The notes under the pieces: model-generated
The model's input: only the letters and a program-made list of their open reading frames with translations
Told to the model about the DNA's origin: nothing
Databases searched by the model: none
In this document: piece by piece, positions 37,521 to 47,500 of the stretch
How the letters are laid out: every line of letters begins with the position of its first letter
How positions within the stretch are numbered: the first letter of the stretch is position 1
Assembly: GCA_017859655.1 (NCBI GenBank)
Contig: JAFMMO010000003.1
Location: forward strand, 1-47,598
Origin: Pseudomonadota bacterium
GTDB lineage: Bacteria; Planctomycetota; UBA8108; UBA1146
Length of the DNA stretch: 47,598 bases
Reading direction: 5' to 3'
Made by a program: the position numbers and the translations under genes

Positions 37521-37835
37521 ATGTCCAAGAAACTGTACGTCGGGAACCTCAGCTACGGCGTCGATGACCACATGCTCAACGATTGCTTCGCCCAGCACGG
37601 GCAGGTGACCCAGGCCCAGGTCGTCATGGATCGCGAGACCGGCCGGAGCAAGGGATTCGGCTTCGTCGAGTACTCGACGCAGGAAGAGGCCCAGGCCGCG
37701 ATCGACGCCCTCGACGGTCACGAGCTCGACGGCCGCGCGATGCGCGTCGATGAGGCGCGTCCGCGCGAGGACCGCCCGCGCCGCGGTGGCGGCGGCGGCG
37801 GCGGATACGGTGGCGGCGGCGGAGGCCGCTGGTAG
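37521..37835 (+). CDS. RRM (RNP-1) RNA-binding protein with Gly-rich tail
   Basis: RNP2 LYVGNL, RNP1 KGFGFVEY, GGGGGGYGGG tail, strong SD GGAGGAG. Confidence 0.95.
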   Translation: MSKKLYVGNLSYGVDDHMLNDCFAQHGQVTQAQVVMDRETGRSKGFGFVEYSTQEEAQAAIDALDGHELDGRAMRVDEARPREDRPRRGGGGGGGYGGGGGGRW

Positions 37836-37883
37836 GCCACCTCGCCCCGCGAAGGATCCCGCTCCTCGCGAGCGGAATCGACG

Positions 37884-37925
37884 AAGAGCCCCCCGCCCGA
37901 ACGATCGGGCGGGGGGCTCTTTCCA
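37884..37925 (+). terminator. Intrinsic terminator-like hairpin after the RRM gene
   Basis: Perfect 17-bp stem aagagccccccgcccga / tcgggcggggggctctt with loop acga and a short pyrimidine tail. Confidence 0.75.
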
Positions 37926-38023
37926 TCTCCTGCGCGCCCTCGGGCGAAGGCGCCCCTCCTATCCCCCCGGACCTCCTCGGCGTAGACTCGGGTCGGTCAC
38001 GATCCACCGTCGAAGGGAGTCCC

Positions 38024-40462
38024 ATGCACCGCCTCACCCCGCAGCTCCACGGAACCGGCCTCCTCCTCCTCGGTCTCCTCCTGGCCGTCTCGACGCCCGG
38101 GGTCGAGGCGCAGGAGCCGTACCGCCTTCCCCCCGAGGAGATCCTCCAGATCGTCGACGCTCCCCCCGCTCCGCGCACGAGCGTGAGCCCGGATCATCAG
38201 TGGCTCCTCCTCATCGACCGCAGCGCGCTCCCGCCGATCGAGGATCTCGCGCGTCCGATGCTGCGGCTCGCCGGCATGAGGATCGATCCCGCCGCGAACG
38301 GGAGCTTCCGCACCTCCTACGACGAGGGGCTCCGACTCCGCCCTCTGCGAGACCCGGAGGCGGAGCCGATTCGCATCCCCATCGCCGCGGATGGACGCCT
38401 CGCCTCCACCCGCTGGTCCCACCTCGGCGATCGGTTCGTGTACACGGTCGTCACTTCGAGCGGCACCGAGCTCTGGGGCGTCGAGGTCTCGAGTCCGACG
38501 AACCCGCGCCTCCTCGCCACCGGGCTGAACACGATCTTCGTCGCGCCGCGCTGGCTCCCCGATGGGACCTCGATCCTCTGCTCGCTCGTCCCGGAGGATC
38601 GGGGAGAGGCCCCGAAGACCCCGACCGCGCCCTCCGGCCCCAACGTGCAGGAGACCTCGGGCTCGAAGTCTCCCGTTCGCACATATCAGGACCTGCTGAA
38701 GAGCGAACACGATGGCGACCTCTTCGAGCACTACGGGCGGAGCGTCCTCACGGTGATCCCCTGGCGCGGGGAGCCGAGCCCGCTCGGTCCGACGGGGCTC
38801 ATCTCCGCGGTCGATGTCTCCCCCGACGGAGAGAACCTCCTCGTCGAGGAGCTGCTGCGCCCGTGGAGCTACTCCCTCCCTCACTGGCAGTTCGCCCGTG
38901 AGAGCCGGGTCCTCGACCGGGAAGGAGAGACCCTGCATCGGTGGATGACGCCGATGGTGCAGGATGTGCCGATCGGGGGCGTCCCCCTCGGACCCCGCAG
39001 CGTCCAGTGGCATCCGATGCGGCCCGCCACCCTGCTCTGGGTCGAGGCACTCGACGGAGGGGATCCTCGGGCCGAGGTCTCCCACCGCGACCGCTGGATG
39101 GCCCACGAGTCCCCCTTCACCGCCGCCACGGTCGAGCTTCAGCGGCTCGAGCATCGCGCCCGCGGCATCGACTTCTTCCGCTCCCCCACCCACTTCGTGT
39201 TCGGCGAGTACGACCGCGACCGGCGCTGGACCCGCCGCACCATGGTGGATGTCGCGCACCCCGAGAAGGCACGCGTCATCGAGGACCGCAGCGTGCGGGA
39301 CCGCTACGGCGACCCCGGAGCCCTCGTCATGGAGGATCGCCCGGACGGCATCTCCGTGATCCTCCAGCGCGGTGACTGGGTCTTCCGCACCGGGGCGGGG
39401 GCCGGGCCGGACGGCGTCTTTCCCTTCGTCCGCATGGAGAGCCTCACGACCGGTGAGACGCGACCGATGTGGCGCTGCGAGGACGGCGCCTACGAGACCC
39501 CCCTCGCGGTGTGGGAGGAGGAGGGCGCGATCCAGGTCCTGACCAGCCACGAGAGCCCGACCTCTCCGCCCAACCTCCGCTGGCACACCGTCGAGGGGGA
39601 GTCGCGCGTGCTCACGCGCTTCGAGGATCCGACCCCCGCGATCCGGGCCGTGAAGAAGGAGCTGCTCACCTACGACAGAGCGGATGGCGTCCCGCTCTCC
39701 GGCACCCTCTACACTCCCGCCGATCATCGCCCCGGAGTGCGCCTCCCCCTGCTCGTCTGGGCCTACCCCCGCGAGTACAACGACCCGGGGACCGCAGGAC
39801 AGATCGGGGTCAGCCCCCATCGCTTCACGCGGATCGCCGGCAGCTCCCACCTGCATCTCGTCACTCAGGGCTACGCCGTCCTGGACGGCGCCACGATGCC
39901 GATCATCGGGGACGCCGAGACGATGAATGACTCCTTCATCGAGCAGCTCGTCGCGTCGGCGGAGGCCGCGATCGACACCGTGGTCGAGCGCGGCGTCGCG
40001 GATCGGCGCCGCATCGCGGTCGGCGGGCACAGCTACGGCGCGTTCATGACCGCCAACCTCCTCGCCCACTGCGACCTCTTCCGAGCGGGTCTCGCCCGCT
40101 CCGGCGCCTACAATCGGACCCTCACCCCCTTCGGCTTCCAGTCCGAGCGGAGGACCCTCTGGGAGGCTCCGGAGAGCTACTTCGCCATCTCCCCCTTCAT
40201 GCACGCGGACCGGATCGATGAGCCGCTCCTCCTCATTCACGGCGAGGTCGACAACAACTCAGGCACCTACCCGATGCAGTCACGGCGGCTCTTCGCCGCG
40301 ATCCAGGGGAACGGCGGCACCGCCCGACTGGTGATGCTCCCGCACGAGAGCCATGGCTACCGCGCGCGGGAGTCGGTCCTTCACACCCTGGCCGAAATGG
40401 TCGATTGGCTCGACCGGCACCTCACGCTCGAGGGGGATCCCTCCTCGGATGCCGGCGGATGA
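38024..40462 (+). CDS. Secreted S9 (prolyl oligopeptidase family) peptidase, glutamyl-endopeptidase-like
   Basis: Signal peptide, beta-propeller region, GGHSYGAFMT nucleophile, ARSGAYNRTLTPFGFQ, HGEVDNNSG (Asp), ESHGY (His). Confidence 0.92.
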   Translation: MHRLTPQLHGTGLLLLGLLLAVSTPGVEAQEPYRLPPEEILQIVDAPPAPRTSVSPDHQWLLLIDRSALPPIEDLARPMLRLAGMRIDPAANGSFRTSYDEGLRLRPLRDPEAEPIRIPIAADGRLASTRWSHLGDRFVYTVVTSSGTELWGVEVSSPTNPRLLATGLNTIFVAPRWLPDGTSILCSLVPEDRGEAPKTPTAPSGPNVQETSGSKSPVRTYQDLLKSEHDGDLFEHYGRSVLTVIPWRGEPSPLGPTGLISAVDVSPDGENLLVEELLRPWSYSLPHWQFARESRVLDREGETLHRWMTPMVQDVPIGGVPLGPRSVQWHPMRPATLLWVEALDGGDPRAEVSHRDRWMAHESPFTAATVELQRLEHRARGIDFFRSPTHFVFGEYDRDRRWTRRTMVDVAHPEKARVIEDRSVRDRYGDPGALVMEDRPDGISVILQRGDWVFRTGAGAGPDGVFPFVRMESLTTGETRPMWRCEDGAYETPLAVWEEEGAIQVLTSHESPTSPPNLRWHTVEGESRVLTRFEDPTPAIRAVKKELLTYDRADGVPLSGTLYTPADHRPGVRLPLLVWAYPREYNDPGTAGQIGVSPHRFTRIAGSSHLHLVTQGYAVLDGATMPIIGDAETMNDSFIEQLVASAEAAIDTVVERGVADRRRIAVGGHSYGAFMTANLLAHCDLFRAGLARSGAYNRTLTPFGFQSERRTLWEAPESYFAISPFMHADRIDEPLLLIHGEVDNNSGTYPMQSRRLFAAIQGNGGTARLVMLPHESHGYRARESVLHTLAEMVDWLDRHLTLEGDPSSDAGG

Positions 40463-40594
40463 TCCCGAGCTCCCCGACCGATGGCAGCGGAAACCCCGCG
40501 CCGCGAGTATGATCCCGCGACCTGCGGAGTCGCCGGGCGCGTGCCGGGCGGGCGCGGGGCAGCAGGCCGACCGCCGTCCGACGGTCGGTTCGCG

Positions 40595-40638
40595 AGGAGA
40601 AGCGCGGAGGGAGCGGTCGCTCTCTCCGCGCTTCTCCT
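40595..40638. repeat. 20-bp inverted repeat/hairpin just upstream of the aminotransferase SD
   Basis: aggagaagcgcggagggagc-ggtc-gctctctccgcgcttctcct, with one G-U pair on the + strand. Confidence 0.8.
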
Positions 40639-40663
40639 AGGGATCGGGCGCTCGAGGTGACGG

Positions 40664-41857
40664 ATGTTCCTTCGCCACTTTCCACCCATGGGGATCTACG
40701 AGACTCTCTTCCGTTTCGCCGATGCGACGCAGGCCTATCTCGGAGACGCGGGGACCCACCCCTGGGCCCAGGGCTATCCCCTGACCCGCCAGCTCCCGGG
40801 CGGCCCGTCGATCCCCGCCTCCGTGTCCTTCGGTCCCGACGACCTGCGATACCCGAACGCCAGCGGTCAGATCGAGCTGCGAGAGGCGCTGGTCCGCTAC
40901 TACCGGACCTTCTACGGGGCGAACCTGACCGAGGAGAACATCGCGGTCTTCCCGGGAGGTCGCCCGGGCATCATGGCGATCCTCGCGCTCCTCGAGGAGG
41001 ACATCGAGATCACCATCGAGGAGACGGAGTACACCCCCTATCACGACTCCCTGCGCCTCATCGGCCGCGCCCCGGAGGTTGTCCCCAGCAACCCGGAGAA
41101 CCGCTTCCGCCCGACCCTCGAGGACCACGCCAGGGCCCTCGATTCCGCCGATCGGGCGCTCCTCGTGAAGAGCAACCCGTGCAACCCGACCGGGGTGACC
41201 TGGTCGGGCGACTCGCTCCGGGCGCTGGTCGAGCTCGCATCCCGACCGGGGAAGGGCGCGCTGATCGACGAGGCGTACGAGTTCTTCCACACCCCCGAGC
41301 CGGACAGCGCGCTCCGCTACATCGAGGACATCGATCGGACCGACATCTTCGTCGTGGGCGCCGCGACGAAGGGGCTCCAGGTCCCGGGCGCGCGCATCGG
41401 ATGGGTCGTCGCCTCGAAGGAGCACTGCGAGCTGTTCCGGAATCTCTCCTCGATCGCCATGGGCGGAGTCTCCCGTCTCTCCCAGCTCCTCGTCACCTCT
41501 CTCCTGGAGATCGACCGGGTCGGGGAGGCGCGCCGCGCGGTCGGCGCCTTCTTCGCGTCGCAGCGGGAGCGCTACGGAAACGCGCTGACCGAGCTGGGCT
41601 TCGAGCTCTTCACCGGGGAGGGCGGCTTCTACCACTGGGGTCGGATCCCCGGAGGGATGACGGCCCACGAGCTGAACGACCGCCTCTTCAGACATGACGC
41701 GGCGATCCTTCCCGGTCGCCTCTGCGACATGGATCGCCGGGAGCAGGGGCCTCATGAGACCCTGATGCGCTTCTCATTCGGTCCGATCCCCGCCGAGGAC
41801 TTCGAAGGGGATGTCGAGATTCTCCGCACCTGCCTCACCGGAGTCGGCGCGCGCTGA
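40664..41857 (+). CDS. PLP-dependent aminotransferase class I/II
   Basis: Y...G..ELREAL, SNPCNPTG, IDEAY, ATKGLQVPGARIGW (PLP Lys), GGFYHW, MRFSF. SD GAGGTG. Confidence 0.9.
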   Translation: MFLRHFPPMGIYETLFRFADATQAYLGDAGTHPWAQGYPLTRQLPGGPSIPASVSFGPDDLRYPNASGQIELREALVRYYRTFYGANLTEENIAVFPGGRPGIMAILALLEEDIEITIEETEYTPYHDSLRLIGRAPEVVPSNPENRFRPTLEDHARALDSADRALLVKSNPCNPTGVTWSGDSLRALVELASRPGKGALIDEAYEFFHTPEPDSALRYIEDIDRTDIFVVGAATKGLQVPGARIGWVVASKEHCELFRNLSSIAMGGVSRLSQLLVTSLLEIDRVGEARRAVGAFFASQRERYGNALTELGFELFTGEGGFYHWGRIPGGMTAHELNDRLFRHDAAILPGRLCDMDRREQGPHETLMRFSFGPIPAEDFEGDVEILRTCLTGVGAR

Positions 41858-41870
41858 CCCGTCACCCCGG

Positions 41871-41918
41871 GATGAAGAAACAGGGAGAGGAGCCCGACGC
41901 GCGGGTCCTCTCCCTGTT
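41871..41918 (-). terminator. Intrinsic terminator between convergent genes
   Basis: Stem aacagggagagga-g-cccg / cggg-tcctctccctgtt. On the minus strand the stem runs into TTTCTTCA. Confidence 0.65.
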
Positions 41919-41966
41919 CAGCGACTTCGCCGGCTGGACGACGAGCCGCGTCGATCCGCCGACGCG

Positions 41967-43202
41967 CTATTCGACGTCGGCCCTGAAGATCGTCTCGTTG
42001 AAGAGCGGAGCCGCACCGGCCCCGCCCCCCGGGAGCGTGGCCGTCAGTTGGATCTCGGTGATCGCCGCGACGTCCAGGTCGCCCCTCGACCGGAAGGTGT
42101 AGGTCGACTGGTTCGTCAGCGGGTCCGGGGTGAGGTCGATGGGGAAGGTCTCCCCGAGGATCGTCACGCTCAGCTCCACGCCGCCGATCTGGCCGACGAT
42201 GCCGCGGAAGCGGATCTCATCCTTGTTGTTCCGGAAGCGGAAACCCTCGGCGGTGACGAGGAGACCGTTCGCCGGATCGGAGAGGTCGGTCAGGACCTCC
42301 TGTACGAAGAGCACGTGCTCACCGACGGTGTGGCCGATCGTGTCGACAAGGGCCCCCACGCCCTGGGTGAAGAAGATCGCCGGGTTGATCTCCAGCTCAC
42401 CCAGACCGAAGACATCCGCGCCGAACCGGGGATCCTGGTTCATGATGATGAGCATCTCTCCGATGACGAAGCTCGGCGGAATCCCCGGGCTGCCCGGATC
42501 GACGGAGGCCACGGTGCCCCCCGAGACGTTCTCCGAGAGCTCGATGACGACCTCGATGTCCGGGATGTAGTAGCGGTTGCCCGCCGCATCCTCGTAGATC
42601 GTGCCCGCGGACTTGAGGGTCCCTCCGGCGCTGGCCGGGTAGGCCCAGGCGCTCTGGTCATCTCCGCGGACGCCGGCCCGCTGGAGGAAGTCCGCCGGGA
42701 GAACATCCGCGTGGGCGGGGTAGCAAAGCTGGAGATACTCGAAGTAGTTCTCCTGAATGTGAGCCTGCGCGATCGCGCTCCGCGTCCCGGAGGCGCCGGC
42801 GTCGGTCCGGTTGGCCTCGGAGGAGCTGAAGAGCGAGCGGGCGGGGCCGGCCTGGCTCGGCTTGACGTCGCGGTCGCTGGCGTTGATGTCCAGCAGCCGA
42901 TCGAAGTTCGTCGCGCCGATGCCCGTGGGGGCCTCCGCGTCGTTGCTCGAGACACTCGAGCCGCTGATGAGGACTTCGGCTCCGTCGACCGTGAGGGGTA
43001 TCGTGACATCCTTGCCGACCACGGTGATCGTCCGGTTGTCGAGGTCGATGTCCCAGATCGGGCCTTCGGTCGTGAAGAGCTCACCCGTGGTCGTGAGAAC
43101 CGTGCCATCATGCAGGACCGCGGTCGTCCCCTGCGCCTGAAGGGCAGGAGAGAGCGCCACGGTGAAGAGCATGAGGGCGATGGAGAGAACAGTGCGCGAC
43201 AT
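41967..43202 (-). CDS. Secreted protein of unknown function, beta-rich, with possible DUF5666-like repeats
   Basis: Ideal SD TAGGAGGT before ATG 43202, signal peptide MSRTVLSIALMLFTVALSPALQA, EGPIWDIDLDNRTITVVGKDVTI segment, own terminator. Confidence 0.8.
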   Translation of the reverse strand: MSRTVLSIALMLFTVALSPALQAQGTTAVLHDGTVLTTTGELFTTEGPIWDIDLDNRTITVVGKDVTIPLTVDGAEVLISGSSVSSNDAEAPTGIGATNFDRLLDINASDRDVKPSQAGPARSLFSSSEANRTDAGASGTRSAIAQAHIQENYFEYLQLCYPAHADVLPADFLQRAGVRGDDQSAWAYPASAGGTLKSAGTIYEDAAGNRYYIPDIEVVIELSENVSGGTVASVDPGSPGIPPSFVIGEMLIIMNQDPRFGADVFGLGELEINPAIFFTQGVGALVDTIGHTVGEHVLFVQEVLTDLSDPANGLLVTAEGFRFRNNKDEIRFRGIVGQIGGVELSVTILGETFPIDLTPDPLTNQSTYTFRSRGDLDVAAITEIQLTATLPGGGAGAAPLFNETIFRADVE

Positions 43203-43488
43203 TGATAACCTCCTAATGTCCGCGTCGAGCCACCCGGGAGGATTGGGATGAAGATCCAATGCTCCCTCTGAATAAGAGAGCAGGTACCGGAGGAGGGACG
43301 AGGGGGCGGGGGATGAAAGACATCCCAGGTCACACACCAGCGCCGTGAGCCCGTCCACGCTTCGCGGGAAGCGCGGCAGGCTCGGTCCTTCGAGTCCTGC
43401 AGGGAGAGAGGTCCAGCCACTCTCTCGTCTGTTTCTTGCCTTCATGGGATGCGTGCGTGGGCACGCGTCTGAATCAGATACCCCATGA

Positions 43489-43517
43489 ATGCTATGATTT
43501 GTTGAATACCGTTCAAC
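43489..43517 (-). promoter_or_regulatory. sigma70-like promoter overlapped by a palindrome
   Basis: Minus strand TTGAAC (43516-11), 16-bp spacer, TAGCAT (43494-89), inside an AT-rich patch. Palindrome GTTGAA-N5-TTCAAC at 43501-43517 overlaps the -35. Confidence 0.5.
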
Positions 43518-43703
43518 TCGGTGGCGTGAGTTACACAAGAGGACATTATGGTCCGCTTGCGGTTCTCAGAGACTCTCCCGTCCGGATTGTCAGGAAACAG
43601 AACCCGCAGGAGCCCTGCTCGAGTCGTCTCCATGGTCGGAGCAACGCCGGTGAGCCGGTCCGCACGCCGGGTGAGGCGAACCGAAGAGAAGAAGAGTGTG
43701 CGG

Positions 43704-44333
43704 ATGCCCGATCTCGAGTTCGACTGGCGCACGGCGACGCGGCACCTTCGGGAGGTGGACCGACGGTTCTCCAGGGTCATCGAGTCACGACCCGAGCCGC
43801 TCGTTCCGCGGCGGCTCCGCTCTCCCCATGAGGCGCTCGTCCGATCGATCATCTACCAGCAGCTCTCGGGAAAGGCGGCGGGGACGATTCATCGCCGCCT
43901 CCTCGAGCTGTGTCCGGCGCGTCGCCCCACCCCCGCGGCGCTCCGGAGCCTCGATGACGAGGCGCTCCGAGGTGCGGGGATCTCGCGGGGGAAGATCCGA
44001 GCCCTCCGCGACCTGAGCGAGCGTTCGCTCGCGGGAGACGTCCCCGGCTACGCGGCCCTGAAACGGCTCTCGGATGAGGAGATCATCGAGCTCCTCACCC
44101 GGATCCACGGGGTCGGGAGGTGGACCGTGGAGATGCTCCTCATCTTCCAGCTCGGGCGCCCCGATGTCCTCCCCCTCGGCGATCTCGGGGTTCGCAAGGG
44201 GTTTGCCCGCCTCCGCGGGCGGGGGGGTGATGTCACCCCCGCCCAGCTCGCCCGGGCGTCGGCGAAGTGGCGACCCTATCGGACCGTCGCGAGCTGGTAC
44301 TGCTACCGAATCCTGGACCCGCCCACCACCTAG
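43704..44333 (+). CDS. alkA: DNA-3-methyladenine glycosylase II (AlkA/HhH-GPD family)
   Basis: LVRSIIYQQLSGKAA, HhH IHGVGRWTVEMLLIF, PDVLPLGDLGVRKG, WRPYRTVASWY. Confidence 0.88.
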   Translation: MPDLEFDWRTATRHLREVDRRFSRVIESRPEPLVPRRLRSPHEALVRSIIYQQLSGKAAGTIHRRLLELCPARRPTPAALRSLDDEALRGAGISRGKIRALRDLSERSLAGDVPGYAALKRLSDEEIIELLTRIHGVGRWTVEMLLIFQLGRPDVLPLGDLGVRKGFARLRGRGGDVTPAQLARASAKWRPYRTVASWYCYRILDPPTT

Positions 44334-44562
44334 CCCTCTCCCGCTCGCTCCGACGCCTCCCCCGGGATCTCGCAGGAAGGGTCGATTCCGAGCCTTCTGG
44401 GACCGATAGATGGGAGATGGCCCCGCGCGAACGGAGCGCCGAGGGTCTCAATGTCCCGAGATTCCCCCCGGCGATCCCGTGGATCGCTATCGTCGGGGTC
44501 TCGGATCCCGGACCGGGGGAACGCTTTCCTCCGACCGACTGCGTGAAACGGGGCTCAGTTCG

Positions 44563-47500
44563 TTGAGCGATACGACCCTGACCGTCTCCGATGAGGAGTT
44601 CTCGCCCGGCAACCGCCGGCGCGGGGACGCGCTTCATCGACAGGGCCGCGTCTCGATCGAGAAGCGGAGCGACTCCCAGCTCTGCGCCCGCGTCCGCGCC
44701 ACCCCCCACGCCGAAGTGGTCCTCACCCTCGACGGGGCGACGATCACCTCCCAGGACTGCACCTGCTCCGATGCGGAGAGCAACGGCGAGTGCGCTCACA
44801 TCTGGGCCACGATCCGGGAGGCGAACCGCGGCGCGGACGCCGGCTGGCGCGGGAACCTCGCCCCCCGGCGGGGACCGATCCCGATTCCCGGCGCCACGAC
44901 GCGGAGCTCCCTCTCCTCTCCGCGGGAGGAGCCGGACTGGAAGACCTACCTCGAGCGCCTCCAGCGACTGGTCGGGCTCGACCGAGGACCCCGGTGGCCT
45001 CGCAGCGTGACCGGCGAGACCCAGCTCCTCTTCTGGCTCAGCTGCGCTCGCCTCGATCGCACCTACGGAGACCCGGCGGTCGCGGTGATCGAGAGACGCA
45101 GGACGAGGACGGGCTGGGGGGAGCCGCGCCCCTTCCAGCTGAACGAGCGCTCCCTCGAGCAGGTCCTCGGTGGGCTCGATCTCCAGCTCCTCGAGCTGCT
45201 CCTGCCGTTCACCGGCAGCTCCACCCCGTGGGCGGCGAGGGCTCGTGCCTTCAGTCAGGCTCCGATCACCCTCCCCGGCCGGGCGGGAGCGGAGGTCCTC
45301 GGGATGCTCGCTCGCTCCGGGCGACTCCTCCCTCGGGAGCGCATCCCCGAGGAGTTCCCGCCGATCGGGATCGACCCGGATCCCTGGCGATTCTCCTTCC
45401 GCATCGTCGATGCGAAGGGGAAGCGAGGGAAGCACACCCTCGCCGCGAGCTTCCACCGCCAGAGTTCGGGCGAGCAGCGCGCCACCCTCGAGGAGGCCAC
45501 CCTCGTCACTCCTGCCGGGTGGGTCCTCGTCCGGGGGCAGCTCTCCCCCTACGAGAATCCGGAGGACGGCGCGTGGATCCGCGCGCTCAGCATGTCCCCT
45601 CCGGAGATCCCCTCCGCCGATGTCGCGGCCTTCTGCGAGGGCATCCTCGCGGAGAACCCGGGGGCCCCGTTCGAGCCGCCGGAGGGAGTCGCCCTCGCGA
45701 TCGAGAGGCGGACCCCTCGCCCCCACCTCGTCATTCGCCGCACGAGCGGTCCCCGTCGAGGCACGAGCACGCTCACCGCGAGCCTCACCTTCGAGTATGG
45801 AGGGAGCGCGGTCCTCTCTCCCGACGACGAGGCGGAGTCGGTGCGCGACGGCGACCGGATCGTGCCCCGGGACATGGAGCTCGAGCGGAGCCTCGTGCAG
45901 GAGCTCCTCTCCCTCGGCCCGCGCCGCAGCACCCAGAGCGAGTCATTCTCCGAGCTGACGATCCCCGCGGGTCGCCTCCCCAGCGTGATCGAGACCCTCC
46001 TGTCCCGGGAGTGGCGCGTCACCTCCGAGGGGAAGATCCACCGCCCCGCGAGCGAGTTCGATGTGAAGATCCGGAGCGGGATCGACTGGCTGGATCTGAG
46101 CGGGAGCGTCGACTTCGAGGGGCACTCGGTACCCTTCCCTCGCCTGCTCGCGGCGGTGCAGGGGGGGAGTCGAACGATCGAGCTCGACGATGGGAGCTTC
46201 GGGATCCTGTCGGGAGAGTGGCTGCGCCGCTCGGGGATGCTCGCGGAGTTCGGCGAGGTCGAGAACGGAGAGGTGCGGTTCCGGCCGAGTCAGGCCTGGG
46301 TCCTCGACACTCTGCTCGAAGGCGTGCCGAACGTGGATGTCGATGCGGAGTTCGCCCGACTTCGGGAGCGCCTCCGGGCCTTCGAGGGGGTCGAGCCCCG
46401 GGAGGAGCCGGCGAGCTTCACCGGAGAGCTCCGCCCCTACCAGCGGGAGGCGCTCGGCTGGCTCGACTTCCTGCGGGAGTACTCCCTCGGGGGCTGCCTC
46501 GCGGACGACATGGGTCTGGGGAAGACGGTCCAGGTGATCGCCCATCTCGAGCGTCTCCGCTCCGAGGGACGCCTCGAGAAGCCCGTCCTCGTCGTGGCGC
46601 CGCGCAGCGTGGTCGAGCATTGGAAGCGAGAGTCCCATCGCTTCGCCCCGGAGCTGAGCGTCATCGATGTGTCGGGTCCCGACCGGGATGAACTGCGCGC
46701 GGGGATCTCGAAGGCGAATCTCGTCCTCATCACCTACGGGATTCTCCGCATGGACATCCGGCATCTGCGGGAGGTCCAGTTCGACACCGTCATCCTCGAC
46801 GAGGCCCAGGCGATCAAGAACGCGCGAAGCCAGACCGCCAAGGCGGCGCGACTGATCCGCGCGGACCATCGCCTCGCCCTCAGCGGAACCCCCATCGAGA
46901 ACCACCTCGGAGAGCTCTGGTCCCTCTTCGAGTTCCTCCAGCCGGGGATGCTCGGGCGGGCCTCACGCTTCGGCCGCCTGACCCAGGCGGGGCTCGACGA
47001 GCCCGCGAGCGACGACGACGACGAGCTCGAGAGCGACGGGGAGGAGAGCGTGGCGCCCGATGGGCGGCGCCGTCACTCGGGGATCGAGCTCCTCGCCCGA
47101 GCGGTCCGACCCTTCATCCTGCGGCGGACGAAGGGGCAGGTCGCCACCGACCTGCCGGAGCGGACCGAGCTCACCATCCGATGCGATCTCGAGCCGGAGC
47201 AGCGCACCCTCTACGAGGAGCTCGCGGAGCACTACCGAGCCTCGCTGCTCCCGGCGGTGCAGGACGGGGCGATCGGCTCGATGAAGATGCAGGTGATCCA
47301 GGCGCTGCTGAGACTGCGGCAGGCGGCCTGCCATCCCGGCCTCATCGACCCGGCGCTGAAGTCGGGGACCAGCGGCAAGCTGGAGACGATCGTCGAGCGG
47401 ATCGAGGAGCTCCGGGAAGAGGGGCACCGCTGCCTCGTCTTCTCGCAGTTCACCACCTTCCTCGGCATCGTCCGCGAGCGGCTCGACGCGAAGAAGATCC

